DNA from: an uncultured Verrucomicrobiae bacterium
Lineage (GTDB): Bacteria; Chlamydiota; Chlamydiia; Chlamydiales; Rhabdochlamydiaceae
Direction: 5' to 3'
DNA length: 64,000 nt
NCBI GenBank assembly: GCA_963813135.1
Contig: CAWEXY010000011.1
Location: 128,001-192,000, forward strand
The notes under the pieces are model-generated. The model was not told where the DNA came from and did no database searches. It worked only from the letters and a program-made list of their open reading frames with translations. Position numbers and translations under genes: made by a program. Below are positions 18,707 through 26,677 of the stretch, piece by piece. Every line of letters starts with the position of its first letter. Position 1 is the first letter of the stretch.

Positions 18707-21012
18707 GGGTTCGTAAATACTCTCAAGCTTTGTTGGAAAATCTTGCGGCGGTCTTTATCGCGGGCATCGGCGACACGCTTGACGAATTCAGGGAGGTCGC
18801 CGGGTCTTTTTTTAAGCTCCTCGGTCCGCATCTGGCGCAGCTGCTCTGCCGAGTCGTAGACAATGCGCGGAGTGATAAAGAAAAACATCTCTGTCTCCCT
18901 ATCTTCTAAGTGCGTCGAGCCAAACAGCTTGCCAATGCCGGGGATTTCCCCCAGGAAGGGAACTTTTTCTTGAACATCTTGCTTCGTTTTGCGCCTTAGG
19001 CCCCCGAGGATGATGGTTTCTCCATCGACGACGCACACTTCGTTCTCGACGTGTCTTCGATCGACAAAGGGCTGATCGTCGCGTAAATCTTCCGTTTTAG
19101 GCGTATCAAACGTGACATCGGTCTTGAGCGTCACCCGGCCTTTTTCCTCTCCGGGCTCAGGAAGATGGATCGTGGGCGTCATTTTGATGATCGTTCCATA
19201 CTGCACGCGAGAAAACGACTTTTCAAAGGTCGTTCCCTTATTCGTATCGACCGGCGCCGCGCCATTGTTGATCGACCGTTCTTCGACAATCGTGATCATG
19301 GCCGGCGTCTGGTTGACAGCGGTCACCGAAGGAGAATTGTTGAGTTGGACATCTTCGAGGGTCATGAGAAAATTATAAGCGATATCGAACTTGGGCGTGT
19401 ACTTATGCGCTGGGCCGTGGAAGAAAAACTGGAGCACGCCGTGCACCGCTGAGTTAAGTCCTTTGGAAATATCGATGTGAGGGGGCACGCGTGGCGTGTA
19501 CTGCGCCCCGTTGCTTGATTTGCCCAGTCTTAAAAGATTCAGCCCAAAATTATTGCGCGTATTGAGGCGGCGTTCGAATAAGAGCACCTCGATCTCGACC
19601 ATCTTTTTCGGCACGTCCAATTTTTTCAACAGCTCTTTCACGCGGTCGAGGACATCGCGCCTAACGGTCATGAGGAGAGATCCGGTCTTGGGGTCGGGAA
19701 TAAAATGTTCGGTATATCCGCGTTCCACTTCTAGCTGCGCCGAGACGCCGGGCTTCATGGGAGGAGGAGAGACGACGAGCGGAGGCGTCGGGGGATACCC
19801 TTCAGGGACGCGGCCGCCTCCAGAATTTTGGGCAGAAAAATTAAAATCCGTTTCTTTGGTCGGCCCTTCAGCATTCGCATGGATGAGCGACACATAGACT
19901 TTCTCGAGCACCTGCGCCAGGTCGACAGGATCGCTATTTTTACATTGATAAAGATAAACGGTCATCTCGGCAGGGTCTTGCAGCTGCTCTTCCGTCTCTT
20001 TAACGATCGCTTCGGCCCGATCGACGGTCTCTTTAGAACCGATCAAGACCAGCGTATTGCTCTGCCCTAGAGGAAAAACGGAAAGCCCTTCTTGGTCGGC
20101 CCTAGCAAAAGGAGGTTTTCCTTTATCGAGAGCTTCGCCAAAAAATGTGGTTAAAATCTTTTCCATCTCGCGCACTTGCATCTTCGTGACCGACACGACC
20201 TTGGCCATCTTTCCTTCTTGCCCTTGCCATACCGTGCTATACAGGGCGAGGAGCTTCTCGATCTCTTCTTTCGAGCCTACCAGGGCGATCTTCCCGCCGA
20301 TTTGATGGATAAATGTTTGCTTGCTGTCGCTGAACTTCTCAAAAAATTGAAACACCGACTTTACTTGTTCGATCGGAGGAGATAGCAAGAAGAACAACCG
20401 GCTGCCAGGCGCTACCCAAGCGAGGTCTTCGCTGCGGGCGGCGATCGTTTGGATCGCTGAATAATCTTGCTTCAGCACATAGAGCTGCCTAGCATAGGGG
20501 CCCGCCTTCTTGACGCCGATTCCGCTCTGCATGAGGACAATTTCGAGCACATTGCTCCACGCCTCGCGCGGAATGGGGATCGCCGAATGCAAAGAGAGTT
20601 TCATCGCTGAAAGTTCGGGCGGGACGACATACAGAAAATCGGGGGATCCGTACTCCATAACGAGCTGGCCGAGCGTGGTCTCCTCCTGATCCCATAGGGC
20701 ATACCCGTCTTCATCTTTGCGCGCCTGCATGACGGCCCCTTCGCGCCACTGGTCTTGCAAGGCGGCGATCGAGCTCTTCAACGCTTTGGTTTGCTGCAAA
20801 AGTTCCGCAAACTCCTCATCCGCCGCGCCCTTCTTATGCAGTTCTTGAGCTTTCACAAGGCATCCTTCCAGCTGCTTGCGCATAGAAAAGAGTTTGTCGT
20901 TAACCCCCTGCACTTCGGATTCTTTGGCGCTTTCTTTCTGCGACGCTGCTGCTTTCTTATCCGCAATACTGGTCGCAAAAAGAAGAGAAGGGAGGAGGAG
21001 GAGATAAATCAT
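18703..21012 (-). CDS. gspD: Type II secretion secretin
   Basis: Signal peptide; LDVPKKMVEIEV; GETIILGGL..KVPFLGEIPGIGKLF secretin C-terminus. Confidence 0.9.
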   Translation of the reverse strand: MIYLLLLPSLLFATSIADKKAAASQKESAKESEVQGVNDKLFSMRKQLEGCLVKAQELHKKGAADEEFAELLQQTKALKSSIAALQDQWREGAVMQARKDEDGYALWDQEETTLGQLVMEYGSPDFLYVVPPELSAMKLSLHSAIPIPREAWSNVLEIVLMQSGIGVKKAGPYARQLYVLKQDYSAIQTIAARSEDLAWVAPGSRLFFLLSPPIEQVKSVFQFFEKFSDSKQTFIHQIGGKIALVGSKEEIEKLLALYSTVWQGQEGKMAKVVSVTKMQVREMEKILTTFFGEALDKGKPPFARADQEGLSVFPLGQSNTLVLIGSKETVDRAEAIVKETEEQLQDPAEMTVYLYQCKNSDPVDLAQVLEKVYVSLIHANAEGPTKETDFNFSAQNSGGGRVPEGYPPTPPLVVSPPPMKPGVSAQLEVERGYTEHFIPDPKTGSLLMTVRRDVLDRVKELLKKLDVPKKMVEIEVLLFERRLNTRNNFGLNLLRLGKSSNGAQYTPRVPPHIDISKGLNSAVHGVLQFFFHGPAHKYTPKFDIAYNFLMTLEDVQLNNSPSVTAVNQTPAMITIVEERSINNGAAPVDTNKGTTFEKSFSRVQYGTIIKMTPTIHLPEPGEEKGRVTLKTDVTFDTPKTEDLRDDQPFVDRRHVENEVCVVDGETIILGGLRRKTKQDVQEKVPFLGEIPGIGKLFGSTHLEDRETEMFFFITPRIVYDSAEQLRQMRTEELKKRPGDLPEFVKRVADARDKDRRKIFQQSLRVFTNP

Positions 21013-22328
21013 GGCTGGTGCTCCTCAGGCAATTCTTTGCGCTGCTGGATGAGCATCTCTTCTTCACGCTTCGATTTTTTCCATCCGCCGCGCCTTTGCG
21101 CTGCAAGATTAGTTTTTTTCTCCGCGGTCGCTGTCATAGAAATCGGCTGCATATGAGTATGTGTAGAATCGAAGTAGGTTCCGTGGATCGACATTTTCCC
21201 TTTTTCGCTCGAAACTTCATCAAAAATAAAAAGCTCCCCTTGCAGGCGATGGGAAAGCACATCTTCGATATCTTGCATGCGGCGAATGTTTTTGAACCCC
21301 GTCCCTGTTTTGAGCCACCAATCGCCGGCTTTTAATACCACCCGGCGCTTCCCTAGCAGGCAAGTGATCTCGCTGCTCGCTTTAGGCCTAAGCGAAGTGA
21401 CGATTTCTTCCATTTTCGGCGGCGCGGCATATGTGGCCTTGAACGGCACCGCAAAATGCGTCTCGCGGAATCCCGACGGGTCCCAGACTTCGACCTCTAC
21501 GCCGCTCGAGGCGGCCGACAGCACCTTGGCCATGGGAAGCTCCGGCGATGATCCTTCCTGCCACATCTGGTCCGCCCATACGAGAAGATCGCCTTCCTTC
21601 ACGAAACAAACATATCCATCAAAATCGATTTGGATCTTCTCTGAGAGAGAGGCATAGTCCATGCCGCCATACTTGCGGAGCAATAAATCTTGGGAGTGAG
21701 CCTCCGCTTTTTGAAAAGCGGCTTCATAATCAATCTCTGCTTGGGGAGAAGACCTCGCCAATTTCCCTGTGAAAGAGCCGCTTTCTCCTCTTTCCACATC
21801 CAAACGCACAGCTCCTCTATCGAGAAGGGTAGGGATCAGCTTGATGTCGCCTGTATCGCTAAACACAAAAACCCCAGGCGACGTCTCTTTCAGCATTAGA
21901 GCTTGGCCTATTTCGATCATTTTATTTTGCTCGGAACTTTTTAAGCCGATCAGCAAAGGAATTTTCTCCCTGGGAGCATCGGGGCGCAGATTGATACCCA
22001 AAATAGCCACCTCTTCAGGCAGTCCTTTTACAGGACAAGGAGTTTTGTGTCCACCCAGCGCCAAGGGGCCCTCTCCGATGCGGTTATAATTGAAAGAGGG
22101 GGCCGTCCCAGACGTTTTGATCTCAGCAAAATCTCCCATGGCCATTTGCAACAGCAGAAAAACGGCGCCTATTCCGGCTCCCAGAAGCACTGTCATCTGC
22201 AGCCAGAAGAAGCTCTTTTCAATTTGAGGACGCAGTGGGTCGATAAGCTCCATAGTACGCTGAGTGTATCGCCGGAAGATATAAATTGCAAACGCCTGAA
22301 AAGCATTTTCTTTTTCCAGGCTTGCCAA
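21009..22328 (-). CDS. Membrane-anchored protein leading the T2SS operon
   Basis: 439 aa, single N-terminal TM, stop overlaps gspD start. Confidence 0.6.
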   Translation of the reverse strand: MASLEKENAFQAFAIYIFRRYTQRTMELIDPLRPQIEKSFFWLQMTVLLGAGIGAVFLLLQMAMGDFAEIKTSGTAPSFNYNRIGEGPLALGGHKTPCPVKGLPEEVAILGINLRPDAPREKIPLLIGLKSSEQNKMIEIGQALMLKETSPGVFVFSDTGDIKLIPTLLDRGAVRLDVERGESGSFTGKLARSSPQAEIDYEAAFQKAEAHSQDLLLRKYGGMDYASLSEKIQIDFDGYVCFVKEGDLLVWADQMWQEGSSPELPMAKVLSAASSGVEVEVWDPSGFRETHFAVPFKATYAAPPKMEEIVTSLRPKASSEITCLLGKRRVVLKAGDWWLKTGTGFKNIRRMQDIEDVLSHRLQGELFIFDEVSSEKGKMSIHGTYFDSTHTHMQPISMTATAEKKTNLAAQRRGGWKKSKREEEMLIQQRKELPEEHQP

Positions 22329-22372
22329 AAATGAAAATAATTCTTACAGTGCGAATATAGGAAGGATTATCT

Positions 22373-22753
22373 ATGGATGGAAATAAATCTAAGGAAGGGA
22401 TGTCTGTGAAAGAAATTGAAGATTACGCAAAAAAGCATCGCTACGAAGTCTTTTTTTGTTTGCTGCTCGTTGTGTCAGGAATTGCAACTCTGTTCAAAAT
22501 GTGGCCTAGATGGTCCGTACTTTTTGCAGCTGCTGGCAGTATAATCGCTATTCTCCTGTCTTCAAAAGTCGAAATGCTCTCGAAGAAAGCATTTTCTTTT
22601 GTTTTCGAGCGCGATAAAACGATTCAAATCGTTTTTGGGCTCTTCGCCTTGATCATCGGAATTTTCCTCCCGCCTATTATTTTTCTGATGGTAGGGCTGT
22701 TTGGGGGACGGGCGATGAATCAGATGGCGATGCAGGCTTCATCGAAGCAGTAA
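22373..22753 (+). CDS. Small multi-pass membrane protein
   Basis: 126 aa, about four hydrophobic segments, GGAAGG RBS-like site. Confidence 0.7.
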   Translation: MDGNKSKEGMSVKEIEDYAKKHRYEVFFCLLLVVSGIATLFKMWPRWSVLFAAAGSIIAILLSSKVEMLSKKAFSFVFERDKTIQIVFGLFALIIGIFLPPIIFLMVGLFGGRAMNQMAMQASSKQ

Positions 22754-23501
22754 GAATCGCCTCTCGGTGCCGGATATAATCGCGGAGTGTGACATCCTTG
22801 AGCTGGAAATTCTGCTGGACAAGGAGGTAGGCCTCCGCGTCAGATGTTTTGGTCGGTTCCAGCGACAAGTCCCATCCGGCATTCTTTTTAAGCTCACGCC
22901 AAGCCGTTAGTTCGCCCATAGGGGAGCCTGCCGCCTTTTCTAGAGCGGCGATCCGGACCAAATTGTAGGCATAAAGAATCGATCCATGGCTCACGATATG
23001 GCTTCTTTTCTCCCAAAATCCATTGTCGTTTTCCATGCGGACTTTAAGTTGCTTTGCCGACGCCAGGGCTTCTTCTAATTTGCCCTGGGCAATGAGAAGC
23101 GACGCCCTCGAAAAATCGGTATAGTGGGGAGAAAAACTTCCCATGCGCTTGATCGCGGCATTGGCATATCCCTGCGCCAGGCCGCTCTCGCTGGAGCGCA
23201 GCAGCTTTTGCGCGATGGCGCCATCGTATTTGACATGCAGCTCGGGATGCCTTTTTAAAATTTTTTCAAGCTTTACTAGAGTCTCCTTGCCGCCATCCCA
23301 TTTGCGATAGGCGACATCAGCCGAAACAAAATCGACCTCGCCACCCCCTTGGAACCAGCCCAGAAAACGCCCCGCTCCGATGAGGACCGCCACCACTATA
23401 GCACCGCCTGTAGCAACAAGAGATAGATGGCTTTTTAGCCAATCGACCGTCTGCTCTCGAATAAAACCAAACTTACCAATGGGAATTTCTTCTGTTTGCA
23501 T
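22677..23501 (-). CDS. Single-TM hypothetical protein
   Basis: Long ORF with N-terminal TM (LVATGGAIVVAVLIGA); start placed at MQTEEIP. Confidence 0.6.
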   Translation of the reverse strand: MQTEEIPIGKFGFIREQTVDWLKSHLSLVATGGAIVVAVLIGAGRFLGWFQGGGEVDFVSADVAYRKWDGGKETLVKLEKILKRHPELHVKYDGAIAQKLLRSSESGLAQGYANAAIKRMGSFSPHYTDFSRASLLIAQGKLEEALASAKQLKVRMENDNGFWEKRSHIVSHGSILYAYNLVRIAALEKAAGSPMGELTAWRELKKNAGWDLSLEPTKTSDAEAYLLVQQNFQLKDVTLRDYIRHREAILTASMKPASPSDSSPVPQTALPSEK

Positions 23502-23597
23502 CCTATGCAACATACTAAAAATTGGCACAAAAATCAAATTAAATTCCACCAACTATCGAGCATTTGTAGCTCAATGATCTTTAAGAGCCAATCGGTC

Positions 23598-23729
23598 GGC
23601 TGCCGCCGCCCGCCAAGACCCAAGGGGAAGGAGACAAAGAGGAGACCAGAAAGAGAAAAAAAATTCCTAAATCCCCCAATGGTCCAAGGGCCAATGCCCT
23701 AAAAGAACTTCCTAAGACCCCCAACGCCG
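23598..23729 (-). repeat. Conserved 3' block (last 10 codons plus ~100-nt non-coding element), copy 1; candidate DGR IMH region
   Basis: 132 bp identical to 26546-26677 except 2 positions. Confidence 0.9.
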
Positions 23730-26383
23730 TTGTAGAAGCTGTCGAAGTAGTAGTCGACGCTGAGACCAGCGGCCCCAAAACCCCCAACGCCCAATTGCAA
23801 ATCCTTATTATACTTCTCTTGACATCGTGTATACGTCCAGGGGCCTTCGCTATACAGCTTTGTTCCGGTGCGGACATGTTCCATTAATACAGCAACAGTC
23901 GCATCTAATACAGTCGGCAATTCGTATGGCGCTTTAATAAGTGCTTTCTGATCGCTGTAGCTTTTGTCTCGGCTCCCTTCAATGACATCTCGGGTTAGAA
24001 GCGCCCAATGCGACTTAGCAGCAGGTGCATCGGTATACTCTCCTAGATCGAAAGATAGATATTTCGTGGCTGTTCCTTGAAGGGGCTTTTCGATGAGCTC
24101 GCCTAGCGTTTTTAAGGTCAGGGGCTTTCCATTGACGGTTTTAGGAACGAGGACAAGGAGATGGGTCTCTTGCACTTTCTTTTGGGGCCAATAAGGACAA
24201 GAGCTTTGGAGAATGGCGTTGATATCGGCAGGAAGAGGCGGCTCAACTCCGACATCTCCAAAATACTTGGCCCACTCAGCCTTGCCAAAAGCGATAGAAG
24301 GCAGCACGGCTTTATTAGCAGGTGCCTTGGGGATGCTCTCTATGGGTCTGTCAGCAAGTGTCAATGTGTTTGATGGATAAGAAATTCTACTTTCAATAGG
24401 GAGTTCCTGCGCTTTATTGGGTTTAGGTGACTCGACTTGTTCGGCAGGAGGGACTGCTTGGGATGCTGCGGGTTGAGGGTTATCAGGGATGAACTTCCGA
24501 AGACCCCCAACACCGATCTCAATGTGGAGGCGGTTGATGATGGAGTCATCGAAGTTATTTTCGAAGACGTTGAGGCCTCTGGCCCCAAAGCTTCCAACAA
24601 GCAAATGATGATCAGTATTATCCTTTTCTTGACACTGCGTAAATGTCTTGGGGCTGTCGCCATACAGTTTTATCCCAGTCCGGACATGTTCCATTAATAT
24701 GGCAACAGTCGCATCTAAAACGGTGGGAACTTCATACGACGCTTTGGATTTGATAAAAGCTTGCTGATCGCTGTATTTTTTTCCGCTCCCTACTACGATA
24801 CCTCTGGTCATAAGCACCCAATGCGATTTAGCAGCGGGGGCTTCGTATCCTAGAGAGAAAATGGCATAACTCGCGGGTGTTCCTTCGAGGGGCCTTGGGA
24901 TAAGCTCGCCTAGCGTTTTTAGGGTCAGGGGCCTTCCATTGACGGTTTGAGGAACGAGAACGAGAAGATGGGTCTCTTGCACTTTCTTTTGGGGCCAATA
25001 AGGACAAGAGCTTTGGAGAATGGCGTTGATATCGGCAGGAAGAGGAGGCTCAACTCCGACATCTCCAAAATACTTGGCCCACTCAGCCTTGCCAAAAGCA
25101 ATAGAGGGAAGAGCAGCTTGGGGTGGAGGCGGTGCTTTCACGGGAACTACTGCAGGAGGTGGAGTCTGCGCCGATCCTTGGATTAGTTCGATGAGGTCTT
25201 TGGCTACTGGTTTACGAATTTTTTTATTTGCATCAAAGAGTTTCTGCGTTAATCGATAAACTTGTCGATCTTGCTCTGTTAGAGAAGATGCACTGTTGAG
25301 TTTTCTGGTTTGTTTTTCAAGGCTAGTGCGGAGGGATTCCATGTTCTGCACTTCTTCATTCTCTAAAATGCTGTAAATGTAGTCGAGAAGTGCATCTGGC
25401 AAAAGATTGTGGGAGCTGAGATCAGGAGTAGGTGTAGGAGGCATAGAAAGGGTTGCATTATTTGAGAGGTAAGGATCTTCCTTGCTTTCGGTAGTCGCTG
25501 AAAGAGTAGCAAAATTAGAAGGATAAGATCCATTGTTCTCGAATACAGGAAGAGGTTGATTAGGATCCGTGGTAAGACGAACTAGGTCTTCGGCTAGATT
25601 TTGGGCCTTGGGTCGCTGCGCAGGATCTTTCCAGCATTGCTTAATGATATCGGCAAAGGCTGGGGGTGTCTCAGATGGAATAGTTTCAGAAACGTTGTTC
25701 ATTTTCCATGCAAGGACGACCATTTCGTTAGCCGCGTTGCTATAGGGGGCTTTTCTCGCAGCAATCTCCCATAAAACCATCCCCATACTGTAAATATCGG
25801 TCTTAGTGCTAGCAGAGGCGTTTTGGCTGATTTGTTCGGGAGCCATCCAGCGCGGAGATCCCCCTTGACTGGTAAGATGGGTCTTTGTTTCATCCCGGAC
25901 TTTGGCAAGTCCAAAGTCGGTGATCTTAGCGGTATCATCTTTGGCGATCAGGATGTTTAAGCTTTTGAGGTCACGATGAACGATGTTGCGGCCGTGGAGA
26001 TAAGCAAGCCCTTTGCCGATGTCGGCTGCAATACTGTAGCGCCGGTTCCAGGGAAGATCTTCGGGCCTTTGTAAAAATTTATCAAGGGAGCCTTTTTCGA
26101 GATATTCCATGAGGATGGCGAACTTGCCTTCTTCTGCGCAAATGCCCAACATCTGAACGATATTGGGATGTTTGCACTGGGCCATGATTTGAGCTTCGTT
26201 CTTGAACATATTTAGAAATTGGTCGTCAATGATTTGCACGAGGAGTTCTTTGACGGCAATGGGAGTTGCTTGCCAATTCCCAAGGTAGACTTGGCCAAAG
26301 CCTCCTTTCCCAAGGAATTTTCCTTTGCTGAAATCCCTTGAGGGAATAGCTTCCAGTTGGACGATGATATTTGGAATGGCCAT
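23699..26383 (-). CDS. TKL-like Ser/Thr kinase fused to two copies of a GVGGLRKF-ending domain; candidate DGR target
   Basis: GKGGFG, IAVK, HRDLKSLN, DFG, WMAPE motifs; duplicated PSIAFGKAEWAKYFGDVG...GVGGLRKF domain; terminal run of NNC codons. Confidence 0.9.
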   Translation of the reverse strand: MAIPNIIVQLEAIPSRDFSKGKFLGKGGFGQVYLGNWQATPIAVKELLVQIIDDQFLNMFKNEAQIMAQCKHPNIVQMLGICAEEGKFAILMEYLEKGSLDKFLQRPEDLPWNRRYSIAADIGKGLAYLHGRNIVHRDLKSLNILIAKDDTAKITDFGLAKVRDETKTHLTSQGGSPRWMAPEQISQNASASTKTDIYSMGMVLWEIAARKAPYSNAANEMVVLAWKMNNVSETIPSETPPAFADIIKQCWKDPAQRPKAQNLAEDLVRLTTDPNQPLPVFENNGSYPSNFATLSATTESKEDPYLSNNATLSMPPTPTPDLSSHNLLPDALLDYIYSILENEEVQNMESLRTSLEKQTRKLNSASSLTEQDRQVYRLTQKLFDANKKIRKPVAKDLIELIQGSAQTPPPAVVPVKAPPPPQAALPSIAFGKAEWAKYFGDVGVEPPLPADINAILQSSCPYWPQKKVQETHLLVLVPQTVNGRPLTLKTLGELIPRPLEGTPASYAIFSLGYEAPAAKSHWVLMTRGIVVGSGKKYSDQQAFIKSKASYEVPTVLDATVAILMEHVRTGIKLYGDSPKTFTQCQEKDNTDHHLLVGSFGARGLNVFENNFDDSIINRLHIEIGVGGLRKFIPDNPQPAASQAVPPAEQVESPKPNKAQELPIESRISYPSNTLTLADRPIESIPKAPANKAVLPSIAFGKAEWAKYFGDVGVEPPLPADINAILQSSCPYWPQKKVQETHLLVLVPKTVNGKPLTLKTLGELIEKPLQGTATKYLSFDLGEYTDAPAAKSHWALLTRDVIEGSRDKSYSDQKALIKAPYELPTVLDATVAVLMEHVRTGTKLYSEGPWTYTRCQEKYNKDLQLGVGGFGAAGLSVDYYFDSFYNGVGGLRKFF
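23729..23761 (-). other. Candidate DGR variable region VR1
   Basis: Sense codons agc gtc gac tac tac ttc gac agc ttc tac aac: 11 of 11 end in C. Confidence 0.7.
24515..24571 (-). other. Decayed internal variable-region copy
   Basis: 19 codons at the same domain position, 14 ending in C; lacks the downstream element. Confidence 0.6.
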
Positions 26384-26545
26384 AACTGCATCTCCGTTGG
26401 TTAATCAGTATGGAGATGATAAACGAAGGGGCCTTTTAATGAAAAAATAAATGATGGGTGCCCAGATCGATGATTTTATCTCCCCTTCAAAAAATGAAAA
26501 CTTCATGCATGAGATTTTAGAGCTGGTTGCAAAATTCCACCGGCT

Positions 26546-26677
26546 GGCTGCCGCCGCCCGCCAAGACCCAAGGGGAAGGAGACAAAGAGGAGACCAGAAA
26601 GAGAAAAAAAATTCCGAACTCCCCCAATGGTCCAAGGGCCAATGCCCTAAAAGAACTTCCTAAGACCCCCAACGCCG
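26546..26677 (-). repeat. Conserved 3' block, copy 2; candidate DGR IMH region
   Basis: 132 bp matching 23598-23729 with 2 mismatches. Confidence 0.9.

Noticed and set aside
15090..22328. T2SS as a novel system or as exporter of the neighbouring kinases
   Set aside because: This operon is standard in chlamydiae and the kinases lack Sec/Tat signals.
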